Shown here one piece after another: positions 17,697-26,377 of a DNA stretch of 38,597 bases. The translations under genes and the position numbers were made by a program. The notes beneath the pieces are model-generated. The model did no database searches, was not told the origin of the DNA, and saw only the letters and a program-made list of their open reading frames with translations. The stretch's first letter is position 1. Every line of letters begins with the position of its first letter. The stretch comes from a bacterium (GTDB lineage Bacteria; UBA6262; WVXT01), in NCBI GenBank assembly GCA_046759165.1, contig JBHIBS010000016.1, positions 1-38,597 of the forward strand, read 5' to 3'.

Positions 17697-18569
17697 TTAT
17701 AGACCAGCTGCTTCTAAAACTTTGGGGACTTTATTCCCCCAGCCAAGAGGCATAATGTGAACGCCCTGGCAGAGACCTTTAAGTTCCTTGATTAGCCTCG
17801 CGGCAATTTCTACGCTCTTCTCTCCTCTCTTCTCTTTTTCTACCTTCTCCATTTCCTCAATAATCGGGTCTGGAACGTGTACTCCGCTAACGTTCTTATT
17901 CATATACCTTGCCATTCCTGCGGACTTCAAAAGAACAATTCCAGCCAGAACAGGAACGCCAAAACCATTCCCTTTCTCCATAAACTGGGCAAACTTCTCA
18001 GGCTCATAAACTGCTTGTGTCTGGAAGAACTGTGCACCAGCTTTTATCTTCTTTTCCATTTTTATTATTTGAGGCTCTATAGGGTCGGCACCTGGATTCA
18101 CCACTGCTCCCAGAAAGAACTTTGGCGGTTCCCCTTCCAATTTATTCCCCGCCATATCTTCCCCTTCCTGTAATTTTTTGACTGCTTCCAGGAGCTGGAC
18201 CGAATCGAGGTCGAAAACAGGCTTTGCTGCTGGATCGTCACCCAATTTGGGATGGTCTCCCGTGAGAATGAGCAAATTCCTAATCCCCAGAACATAGGCA
18301 CTCAGTATATCCGATTGGAGGGCAAGGCGATTGCGGTCACGACAGGTGACTTGAAAGACAGGCTCAAGACCCTTCTCTATTAATAGACGACAAGTAGCTA
18401 AAGAACCTAATTTCATAACCGAACTCTGGAGGTCAGTTACGTTCACAGCCTCCACTCTACCCTTAAAGAATTCAGCTTCAGAAAGGATTTCTTTAGTGTC
18501 TACACCCTTAGGTGGTCCTATCTCTGAAGTCACTACAAATTTACGCGATTTTAAAGCCTCAGAAAGCAT
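17697..18569 (-). CDS. metF: Methylene-THF reductase, catalytic flavoprotein subunit
   Basis: EIGPPKG, VNVTD, TCRDRNRLALQSD, LTGDHP, KPVFDLDS and GAQFFQTQ. Confidence 0.94.
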   Translation of the reverse strand: MLSEALKSRKFVVTSEIGPPKGVDTKEILSEAEFFKGRVEAVNVTDLQSSVMKLGSLATCRLLIEKGLEPVFQVTCRDRNRLALQSDILSAYVLGIRNLLILTGDHPKLGDDPAAKPVFDLDSVQLLEAVKKLQEGEDMAGNKLEGEPPKFFLGAVVNPGADPIEPQIIKMEKKIKAGAQFFQTQAVYEPEKFAQFMEKGNGFGVPVLAGIVLLKSAGMARYMNKNVSGVHVPDPIIEEMEKVEKEKRGEKSVEIAARLIKELKGLCQGVHIMPLGWGNKVPKVLEAAGL

Positions 18570-18597
18570 TACTTTCCTCCTCTATCCTTCGGCAAGA

Positions 18598-19494
18598 CTA
18601 ATGAGTTGCCTTGCGAATGAAGCGGATTGAAAATTCACTTGCCCTATATGAACTACGAACAAACGGCCCTGATGCCACAAACAGAAACCCCATCTTTTCC
18701 GCTACCCCTTTGTACTGTTCAAATTTGCTCGGAGTAACAAATCTACGAACTTCCAGATGTGAGCTACTCGGCTGTAGATATTGACCCATGGTGAGAATAT
18801 CGCAATCTATTCCTCTCAAATCTTCCATTACACTCAAAATCTCCTGCTCCTCCTCTCCTAAGCCGAGCATCAGACCCGACTTAGTGTAAATATCAGGCTG
18901 CGAAATCTTCACCAACTTGAGCAACTCTAGAGACCTCTCATAAGATGCCGCGCGCCTCACTCTTCTATATAGGGAAGGCACTGTCTCCAAGTTATGTCCG
19001 ATAATGTCGGGCCTTGCCTCCAATACCCGCTCAATTGCTTCTTTATTTCCCGCGAAATCGGGAATAAGTACTTCGATAATCACATCAGGACTTATTGAAC
19101 GAACTTCCTTAATTGTAGAGAAAAATTGAGCAGCCCCTCCATCCGCCAAATCAACGCGGGTAACTGAAGTAATTACTACATGCTTCAAGCCCAATTTCTT
19201 CACCGCTTGGGCTAACCTTTCGGGTTCCTTCTGGTCAACTGGTAAAGGGCTCCCTTTAGCCACACTACAGAACTTACAGTTCCTTGTACAGATATTACCT
19301 AAAATCATGAAAGTGGCTGTAGATTCACTGAAACATTCCCAGATGTTTGGACAGTGCGCTGCCTCACAGACAGTGTTCAAATTTAATCTGCGAAGCAGAT
19401 TTCTCACCTCATATACTTGCTTTAGCCCTCTATTCTTGTCAGAGGGAGCAAGATACAACTCCTTTATTATCCAGGGTGGAAACCTCTTTACCAT
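18598..19494 (-). CDS. lipA: Lipoyl synthase (radical SAM)
   Basis: CEAAHCPNIWEC (CX4CX5C), CTRNCKFC, HNLETV and RSSY. Start set at ATG 19494 (MVKRFPPW). Confidence 0.95.
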   Translation of the reverse strand: MVKRFPPWIIKELYLAPSDKNRGLKQVYEVRNLLRRLNLNTVCEAAHCPNIWECFSESTATFMILGNICTRNCKFCSVAKGSPLPVDQKEPERLAQAVKKLGLKHVVITSVTRVDLADGGAAQFFSTIKEVRSISPDVIIEVLIPDFAGNKEAIERVLEARPDIIGHNLETVPSLYRRVRRAASYERSLELLKLVKISQPDIYTKSGLMLGLGEEEQEILSVMEDLRGIDCDILTMGQYLQPSSSHLEVRRFVTPSKFEQYKGVAEKMGFLFVASGPFVRSSYRASEFSIRFIRKATH

Positions 19495-20164
19495 CTTTCT
19501 CCATTTCCAGATTGAATACTTCTCCAAAGTGTTGTACCAGATGACGGCGAACACCTGCGGGCTCGACTGCCCTGCCCAATATCTGGCTGAGAGAAGTCAC
19601 CATTCTACTTTCAAATCCACAGGGCCTAATTAATGAAAAATAGGATAGGTCTGAATTTATATTGAGGGCAAATCCATGGAAGGTGACCCAGCCCTTTATA
19701 CCAACTCCTATGGAAGCGACCTTTCTCCCTCCTACCCAAACTCCGGTATTGTTTTCAATCCTTTGCGCATCTATTCCGTAAACTTTCAATGAACGGATGA
19801 TTACTTCTTCGAGATTTCTCAAATACCTATGTATATTTTTCCCATGAAACCTTAGATCGAGAATTGGATAGCCTACGAGCTGTCCGGGACAATGGAGAGT
19901 AACATCCCCTCCCCTGTCGATTTCAAAAACTCTAATTCCTTTGCTCTGCAGGAACTCTCCTGAAACTAAGATATTATCCCTCTCACCTTTCCTTCCAATA
20001 GTCACCACTGGCTCATGCTCTAGTAGAATCAAAACATCATCGATTCTTCCTTCTCTCCTGAATTTATGGAGTCTCCTCTGTAAATCGTAAGCTTTCTCAT
20101 AACCAACAAGTCCCAGGTCGAGCACTCTACATTTAACCATCCTTCCCGTGATTCTCGTCTCCAC
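19439..20164 (-). CDS. lipB: Octanoyltransferase (start may be 20140)
   Basis: LEHEPVVT.GR, DRGGDVT.H.PGQLVGYPI, KVASIG, HGFALN and PCG. Confidence 0.94.
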   Translation of the reverse strand: METRITGRMVKCRVLDLGLVGYEKAYDLQRRLHKFRREGRIDDVLILLEHEPVVTIGRKGERDNILVSGEFLQSKGIRVFEIDRGGDVTLHCPGQLVGYPILDLRFHGKNIHRYLRNLEEVIIRSLKVYGIDAQRIENNTGVWVGGRKVASIGVGIKGWVTFHGFALNINSDLSYFSLIRPCGFESRMVTSLSQILGRAVEPAGVRRHLVQHFGEVFNLEMEKDGKEVSTLDNKGVVSCSL

Positions 20165-21585
20165 TATTTCTTCCTCAAATCGATAGCCTCTCCCTGGACA
20201 TCATGAGCTGCTTCAAATATTGCCTCACTCAAAGTGGGATGGCCATGAATCATCCTTTCCAAATCCTTAGTGGTAACTCTCGCTTTAATAGCCACACTGG
20301 CCTCAGCTATCAATTCCGTAGCATCCGGACCAACTATATGTACCCCTAATATCTCATCAGTTTTTCTATCCGCTACTATTTTCACCATCCCTGCCCTCTC
20401 TCCCAGAATGGTTGCCCTGGCACTGGCCAAGAAGGGGAATCTTCCCACAGCCACTTCATAACCCATTTCTCTTGCTTTCTCCTCACTGAGACCAACGCTG
20501 GCAACTTCGGGGATAGAATAGATACAATTGGGAATAACCCTATAGTCGATTCTTAATCGATTACCCATCGCATTTTCACTAGCCACAATACCCTCGCCCG
20601 AGGCGACATGGGCAAGAAGAACCCCGCCCACTACATCTCCAATGGCAAATATTCCTCGAAGATTCGTTTCCATCCTCTCATTTACCAATATTCTCCCCTT
20701 TTCCAGCCCAATTCCTGTCTTCTCCAGACCCAGACCCTCTGTATAAGGCTTCCTACCTGTAGCAATCAGCACCTTCTGGGCAATTTTTTCTTTTTTTCCT
20801 TGGGGAGTCTCTATTACAACTTTCTTTTTGCCATTGTCAGATACTATCTCTTTAACTTTGACTCCTGTGTTTACTTCTATTCCAGACCTGACCAAAAATT
20901 TCTTCAATTCTTCAGATATTTCTCCGTCCTCCGTGGGAATAATCCGTGGCAGTAGTTCAACAATTGTCACCTTACTTCCCAAGCTGTTAAATATAGAAGC
21001 AAATTCAACTCCAATAACCCCACCTCCCACAATAAGCAGCGAAGAGGGAATTTCTTCCAATTCCAGAGCCTGGTTGCTGGTCATCACATCCCGTTCATCT
21101 ATGGAGATCCCAGGAATCTGGGCAGGGATAGAACCTGTGGCAATGATCAACTTTTTAGCCATAAGTTTTTCTACTGAACCATCATCTTTCTCTACTTCAA
21201 TCTCGACCAGGTTATCCTTAATTCTCTCAGTCAACCTCCCTTTTCCTTTTATCACCTCAACGACATAGCTTTTGAATAACTGACCTATTCCACTAACAAG
21301 TTGTTTTACTATCTTTTCTTTTCTTCTACATATTTTAGAGAAATCTACACTGACTTCTCCAGAATTGATTCCAAACTCGCCTCCCTTCTTAACTGAATCG
21401 AGAACCTGAGCACTTGCCAGAAGCGTCTTTGTGGGAATACAGCCTCTGTTCACACAGGTTCCTCCCAGTTCGCCTTTTTCAATCACTACTACTTTACCGC
21501 CCAACTGGGAAGCCCTGATTGCCGCCACATAACCCCCTGGTCCAGCGCCGATTATGGCGATGTCATAATTTGCATTTGAGTCCAT
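20164..21585 (-). CDS. lpdA: Dihydrolipoamide dehydrogenase
   Basis: GAGPGGYVAA, GGTCVNRGCIPTK, GGGVIGVE and HPTLSE. Start set at ATG 21585 (RBS GGAAGAGGGG). Confidence 0.95.
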   Translation of the reverse strand: MDSNANYDIAIIGAGPGGYVAAIRASQLGGKVVVIEKGELGGTCVNRGCIPTKTLLASAQVLDSVKKGGEFGINSGEVSVDFSKICRRKEKIVKQLVSGIGQLFKSYVVEVIKGKGRLTERIKDNLVEIEVEKDDGSVEKLMAKKLIIATGSIPAQIPGISIDERDVMTSNQALELEEIPSSLLIVGGGVIGVEFASIFNSLGSKVTIVELLPRIIPTEDGEISEELKKFLVRSGIEVNTGVKVKEIVSDNGKKKVVIETPQGKKEKIAQKVLIATGRKPYTEGLGLEKTGIGLEKGRILVNERMETNLRGIFAIGDVVGGVLLAHVASGEGIVASENAMGNRLRIDYRVIPNCIYSIPEVASVGLSEEKAREMGYEVAVGRFPFLASARATILGERAGMVKIVADRKTDEILGVHIVGPDATELIAEASVAIKARVTTKDLERMIHGHPTLSEAIFEAAHDVQGEAIDLRKK

Positions 21586-21621
21586 CCCCTCTTCCTTTCT
21601 GCTTTCGCAATTCACTGGTCG

Positions 21622-21707
21622 GGCACCATTTATGGTGCCGTTCAATTCTCATAACAGCAAAGCGCGAGCTTTGCCTTAGGTAAAAAATGACTCTGACCCC
21701 TTTTTTT
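21622..21707. repeat. Cluster of short palindromes and a half-site related to the 13967/14052 repeat
   Basis: GGCACCAT-TT-ATGGTGCC (21622-21639), GCAAAGC-GCGA-GCTTTGC (21657-21674) and AAAAAATGACTCTGACCCCTTTT (21682-21704). Confidence 0.65.
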
Positions 21708-21719
21708 CTTTTTTTTCTG

Positions 21720-22382
21720 TTAACTACCCAGTGTCAAGGTACGGGGCTTTATAAGTTTCGAATGGTCCTTTGCAGGTTGTATGGCTTTCATTCTATCGAG
21801 GTTTCCTCTCTTTTTCAACTCTTCATAAATAAGTGCCCAGCCACAATCACGCTCAGGATCAACCTCACATTTCCCTTCAGAACTTCCCCCGCAAGGACCA
21901 TTGAGAAGTCCCTTTGAGCAGCGAGTAACAGGGCAGATTCCACCCGTTACTTCTAAAAGACAATCTCCACAAAGACTACATTTCTCCTCAAAATATCCTG
22001 CCCTTACCACTTCCCCGAGGAAAAGTGTGTTGCATCCCGGATAGACCGGTTTTTCCATCTTTATCCTCTCTGCGCTTTCCTTTACAGTCTGCACCCCGTT
22101 ACCGCAAGCCATTACTAAAATGGCATCAGTTGAGGCAATCTTATCTTTATTTGCCTGGAAACTCTTCTTTACCTCCACGCCCTGGCAGGCTGGGTCTATA
22201 ACTACCCAACCACTCACCTTCTTGCCTTGACCCTCCAATTTCTCTTTCATAACTTTAACTTCTTCTTCACCACCAACTTTACACACAGTTGCGCACTGTG
22301 CACAACCCACAATAAATATGGACTTTTCATCCTTAAAAAACGAAAGGATTTCCTCAAATGGTTTCTGTTCCATTATTACCAT
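21720..22382 (-). CDS. metV: MetV, iron-sulfur/Zn partner subunit of methylene-THF reductase
   Basis: GCAQCATVC..GG, C, ACGNG.Q and C..CGDC.L..TGGICP.TRCSKGLLNGPCGG...GKCEVD...CGW. Confidence 0.9.
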   Translation of the reverse strand: MVIMEQKPFEEILSFFKDEKSIFIVGCAQCATVCKVGGEEEVKVMKEKLEGQGKKVSGWVVIDPACQGVEVKKSFQANKDKIASTDAILVMACGNGVQTVKESAERIKMEKPVYPGCNTLFLGEVVRAGYFEEKCSLCGDCLLEVTGGICPVTRCSKGLLNGPCGGSSEGKCEVDPERDCGWALIYEELKKRGNLDRMKAIQPAKDHSKLIKPRTLTLGS

Positions 22383-22432
22383 CTCTTACTCCTTTCCACC
22401 ATAAAATTTCGCTCTGCCATTACAATTCACCA

Positions 22433-22644
22433 TAATGCGAGGGAATTTGGTGTAGCGAGCATTAGAATTTTTAGCCAAAAATCGAAGAAAAGAGTTTAGC
22501 CGAAACTGACCGTAGAGAATTTCGGGAAACTCCTGAGATCTTTGGCAGTGCCCAAAGAGCAAAAAATTGTCAGCGAGCGAACCAAATCCCGAGTTACCTT
22601 TTGGCATTAAGAAATTCCTCAGCGATGAACAAACTATCTTTCAA
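22433..22644. repeat. Palindromic element, copy 3: complete 161-bp inner unit plus outer-right arm; outer-left arm missing
   Basis: Inner unit 22433-22593, then TTTTGGCATTAAGAAATTCCTCAGCGATGAACAAACTATCTTTCAA. The last 14 nt are the exact reverse complement of 17466-17479. Confidence 0.9.
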
Positions 22645-22651
22645 TTCCTAT

Positions 22652-22888
22652 TTACTCTTCTTCAATAATTCCAAGGACCTGTCCAGATTTTACCACTTCG
22701 CCCTCGCCAGCGGAAATTTTGCTTAAAATTCCAGAAGCGGGGGCCTCAACTTGAAAACTGGCTTTCTCGGTGGTAATCTCTACTAGATCTTCCCCTTTGG
22801 TTACCCTATCTCCCTCCTCGTGATGCCAGAAGGAGATAGTTGCTTCCTCTACCTCCTCACCCATATCTGGTAAAATTATTTCTTTCAC
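22652..22888 (-). CDS. Stand-alone E2-type lipoyl domain protein (78 aa)
   Basis: LPDMGE.V.EATI..W...EGD.V..GE.L.EITTEKA...V.AP.SG.L, with the lipoylation Lys in TEKA; GTG start with GGAGG RBS. Confidence 0.88.
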   Translation of the reverse strand: MKEIILPDMGEEVEEATISFWHHEEGDRVTKGEDLVEITTEKASFQVEAPASGILSKISAGEGEVVKSGQVLGIIEEE

Positions 22889-22977
22889 TATTATCCCTCC
22901 AATGAGTAGTCTCGACAGGTGTGGTGTTCTCCGGAGAACAAACTCTGTGGTTAAACTTCTCTAAGGACAGAATTCGT

Positions 22978-24675
22978 CTAGAACAATCCCACCGTCTTTC
23001 CAGTCTTATCAATGTCGACTTTGGTGGCAGCTGGAACTGAGGGAAGTCCAGGCATAGTACTCATAGCCCCTAAGAGAGGATAGAGGAATCCAGCTCCCAC
23101 TGATGCCCGGATATCTCGAATGGGTATCCTGTAATGGCGAGGCACACACTTTAGATTTGGGTCGTGGGAAAGGGATAGATGGGTCTTTGCCATGTTGATG
23201 GGCATCTTGCTATACCCCGACTCAGTGTACAACCTAATCTTCTCTTCGGCTAGAGAAGCATAATCTGCCCCATCTGCTCCATATATCTTCGTTGCTATTG
23301 TCTCAATCTTCTCTTTAATAGATGCATCGTCTGGATACAGGAAGCGCATCTGGTGTGGCTTATCAACTGCTGCCACAACTGCTTTGGCTAACTCGACGGC
23401 ACCCTTGCCCCCTTTAGCCCAACAATCTACGGGGACAGCGTACTCCGCCCCTGCCTCGAGGGCTTTTTTTCTTACCAATTCTATCTCTTTGTCAGTATCT
23501 GAAGTAAATCTATTGATCGCCACTACTGCAGGAAGCCCATGGATGTGGACGTTCTCTATCTGTTTGGCAAGATTTTCACATCCCTTTTCCAGAGCTTCCA
23601 TATTCTCTTTGGCAACCAGCTTCTCATCTATGGGCACTCCCGGACGCACTTCAAAGGCTCCACCATGCATTTTCAATGCCCTTATCGAAGCGACCACTAC
23701 ACCACAATCGACTTTTAAACCGCTCTGTCGGCACTTAACGTTGACCAATTTCTCAAAACCACAGTCCACACCAAAGCCACTTTCTGTAACCACATAATCG
23801 GCCAGTTTAAGGGCTACCATATCTGCAAGTGCCGAGTTATTCCCATGAGCAACATTAGCGAAAGGTCCAGCATGGTCCAAAACAGGCGTATTTTCTGTTG
23901 TCTGCACAAGATTGGGCTTAATGGCATCCCTCATTAGAACTGTCATCGCTCCAGCTATCTTGAGGTCTTCAGCAGTTACCGGTTTACCATCATAAGTATA
24001 ACCCACCACTATTCTCCCCAACCTCTTTCTCAGGTCGAATAGCCCCGTGGTTAGTGCAAGGATAGCCATAGTCTCGGTAGCCACTGTGATATCATAACCT
24101 GTCTCCCGGGGATGACCATTAGCCTTACCCCCCAGTCCAATAACTATGTTTCGCAGTGCCCTATCACTGACATCAACACATCTCCGCCAGGTAATACCGA
24201 AAGGATCTATGTTCAATTTGTTTCCATGAAGAATGCTGGCATCCATTGCCGCGGCTAAAAGATTGTGAGCTGACTCTACTGCATGGGTATCTCCAGTAAA
24301 GTGTAGATTAATGTTCTCCATAGGAAGAACCTGAGAGTAGCCTCCCCCTGTGGCTCCGCCCTTAATCCCAAAAGTAGGCCCCTTTGAAGGTTGGCGACAG
24401 GTGTTACAGACTTTCTTTCCTATCTTGGCTAATGCCATCCCTAACCCAAAGGCAGTAACTGTCTTTCCCTCTCCTAAGGGAGTGGGAGTAATTGCTGTCA
24501 CTGTAATAAATTTACCACTGGGCCTATCTTTCAACCTCTCCAGGATTTCGAGGGAGACTTTGGCCATATACTTTCCATAAGGCTCAATCTCATCTTCTTT
24601 GATGCCGAGAGCCTTGGCAATTTCCACAATGGGCTTCATCTTTGCCCTTTGGGCAATCTCTAAATCACTTAACAT
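22978..24675 (-). CDS. fhs: Formate-tetrahydrofolate ligase
   Basis: TAITPTPLGEGKT, FGIKGGA.GGGYSQV, INLHFTGD, GPFANVAHG and TMPGLP. Confidence 0.97.
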   Translation of the reverse strand: MLSDLEIAQRAKMKPIVEIAKALGIKEDEIEPYGKYMAKVSLEILERLKDRPSGKFITVTAITPTPLGEGKTVTAFGLGMALAKIGKKVCNTCRQPSKGPTFGIKGGATGGGYSQVLPMENINLHFTGDTHAVESAHNLLAAAMDASILHGNKLNIDPFGITWRRCVDVSDRALRNIVIGLGGKANGHPRETGYDITVATETMAILALTTGLFDLRKRLGRIVVGYTYDGKPVTAEDLKIAGAMTVLMRDAIKPNLVQTTENTPVLDHAGPFANVAHGNNSALADMVALKLADYVVTESGFGVDCGFEKLVNVKCRQSGLKVDCGVVVASIRALKMHGGAFEVRPGVPIDEKLVAKENMEALEKGCENLAKQIENVHIHGLPAVVAINRFTSDTDKEIELVRKKALEAGAEYAVPVDCWAKGGKGAVELAKAVVAAVDKPHQMRFLYPDDASIKEKIETIATKIYGADGADYASLAEEKIRLYTESGYSKMPINMAKTHLSLSHDPNLKCVPRHYRIPIRDIRASVGAGFLYPLLGAMSTMPGLPSVPAATKVDIDKTGKTVGLF

Positions 24676-25612
24676 CTTTTTTTCTCCCTTCTAAGAATTT
24701 AACCAGATTCCAAACAGCCCTATTCAGTGGCGTCGGTATGCCTACTTTCTCAGCTTCAGAAACTATTGCTCCGTTGATAAAATCTATTTCTGTTCTCCTC
24801 TTTTTCAATATATCTTGCAGCATAGAAGAAATATTATCCCTGGAAACCTGACAGGACTCTTCCACTTTCTCAAATACTCTCTGGTAAGGTAGTCTGATCC
24901 CCTTCTCGAGAGGAACTCGCATACCCTCTTCGACTATGACTTTCATTGTCTCTCTTAGACGAGGAGATTCCAGCAACTGGCCATTTCTGACTCTAGTAAT
25001 GGCTGTTAAAGGATTTATGGCTGCATTGATTAATAATTTGCCCCACAACACACCCTCTATGTTATCGGAAATCTCAGTATCTATGCCAGCCTTGTTAAGA
25101 ATGTCTGAAATGTGTTTAATTCTTTCACTTTCCTTGCCGTCAATTTCTCCAATCACCGTCTTTCCACAGCCTGCATGCCTTATTCTTCCCATCTCTAAGA
25201 CAGTAGCACCTTGATAGGTGATACCACCAACCACTCTACCCTTACCCACAAGTTTACCCATCTTCTCAATGTTCCCCAGCCCATTTTGAAGGGTAAGCCA
25301 GACTGTCTTGCTTCCGGTTAGAGGTAAAGAATTCCTCGTGGCTTCTTCCGTATCATAGGCTTTAACGAAAAGAATAACCAAACCGCAGGGCCCTACTTCG
25401 GAAGGGTCTGTTGTTGCCCTTATTTTTATTATATCCTGTGTAGGTTCCTTACGTTGAAGGGCTCTACTTGTTACTATAATCAGTCCTTCCCTATTTATCT
25501 TTTCCGCTCTTTCTTTATGATTATCCATTAGCCAAACATCCTGCCCTGCTCTGGTAAGCATCCCACCAAATAACCCACCCATTGCCCCAGCACCCACAAT
25601 TCCTATCTTCAT
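24665..25612 (-). CDS. panE: 2-dehydropantoate 2-reductase
   Basis: GAGAMG, VKAYD, LQNGLG, WGKLLINAAIN and SSMLQD...RTEIDFING. Confidence 0.92.
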   Translation of the reverse strand: MKIGIVGAGAMGGLFGGMLTRAGQDVWLMDNHKERAEKINREGLIIVTSRALQRKEPTQDIIKIRATTDPSEVGPCGLVILFVKAYDTEEATRNSLPLTGSKTVWLTLQNGLGNIEKMGKLVGKGRVVGGITYQGATVLEMGRIRHAGCGKTVIGEIDGKESERIKHISDILNKAGIDTEISDNIEGVLWGKLLINAAINPLTAITRVRNGQLLESPRLRETMKVIVEEGMRVPLEKGIRLPYQRVFEKVEESCQVSRDNISSMLQDILKKRRTEIDFINGAIVSEAEKVGIPTPLNRAVWNLVKFLEGRKKDVK

Positions 25613-25648
25613 TCCTTAAACCCAAATCTATCAATTCCTTCAGAAATT

Positions 25649-25666
25649 TTGTGAAAATTTTCACAA
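25649..25666. promoter_or_regulatory. Rex-type operator (perfect 18-bp palindrome)
   Basis: TTGTGAAAATTTTCACAA matches the Rex consensus TTGTGAA-N4-TTCACAA and lies between the promoter and the panE start. Confidence 0.8.
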
Positions 25667-25704
25667 GTTTTTGATTAAAAAATAAGCAAAACCAACCAAC
25701 TAGA

Positions 25705-25734
25705 ATTTTATAAAATTAATTTTTGGATTGTCAA
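25705..25734 (-). promoter_or_regulatory. Putative sigma70 promoter of the panE-fhs...acsB cluster
   Basis: TTGACA-18 nt-TAAAAT on the minus strand in an AT-rich gap. Confidence 0.65.
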
Positions 25735-25811
25735 GTAAATAAGAACTGAAGAGTTTAGTGAAATAGCCATTGCAAATTAGATATGCTGCGGAGCTATCGC
25801 CCCATTATTCG

Positions 25812-26354
25812 TTATCTTGCCCTGATAATTTTCTCGGGAAGGGTAAATTCATTACCTCCAACATGCAAAAGCGGTCTTGCCTTTAAAGGGTCGTACTTCC
25901 CTTTTACTAAAAGTCCTTTTTCCAATTCTACACCCACTATTCTCCCCACCACAACTATGTGGTCTCCTGCTCCATACATTGCTTCAAGCTTACATTCAAA
26001 CTGAGCGAGGGCCTCAGCCACTTTTGGTGATTTTATCTTTTTCGATTTCTTTTCGGTAAGGCGCGCTTTTTCAATCTCGCTAACTCCTTTAGGAAAATCT
26101 TTGCCACAGGTCCAGAGTTGGTTCACTGTGGTCACACTGGAAATATTAACTACGAAATTTCCTGTCTCCCTGATATTGGATATGGTGTGGTGTTCTGGGT
26201 CCGAGGCAAATGCAATCATTGGCGGTTCCACTGAAACCGGCATTACGAAGCTAAAAGGTGCGGCGTTAGAGACGCCTTGTTTACTTACTGTGGAAATTAG
26301 AACTACAGCCCTAGGACTTAAGACCTTGTACCACTTCGATAGTCCTATCTTCAT
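25812..26354 (-). CDS. Flavin reductase-like FMN-binding protein (DIM6/NTAB family)
   Basis: PR.VVL.ST, NAAPFS, TI.NIRETG.FVVN, ECKL and GDH..VVG. Confidence 0.85.
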   Translation of the reverse strand: MKIGLSKWYKVLSPRAVVLISTVSKQGVSNAAPFSFVMPVSVEPPMIAFASDPEHHTISNIRETGNFVVNISSVTTVNQLWTCGKDFPKGVSEIEKARLTEKKSKKIKSPKVAEALAQFECKLEAMYGAGDHIVVVGRIVGVELEKGLLVKGKYDPLKARPLLHVGGNEFTLPEKIIRAR

Positions 26355-26377
26355 AAGGGCCTCCTGAAATTCTGTCC

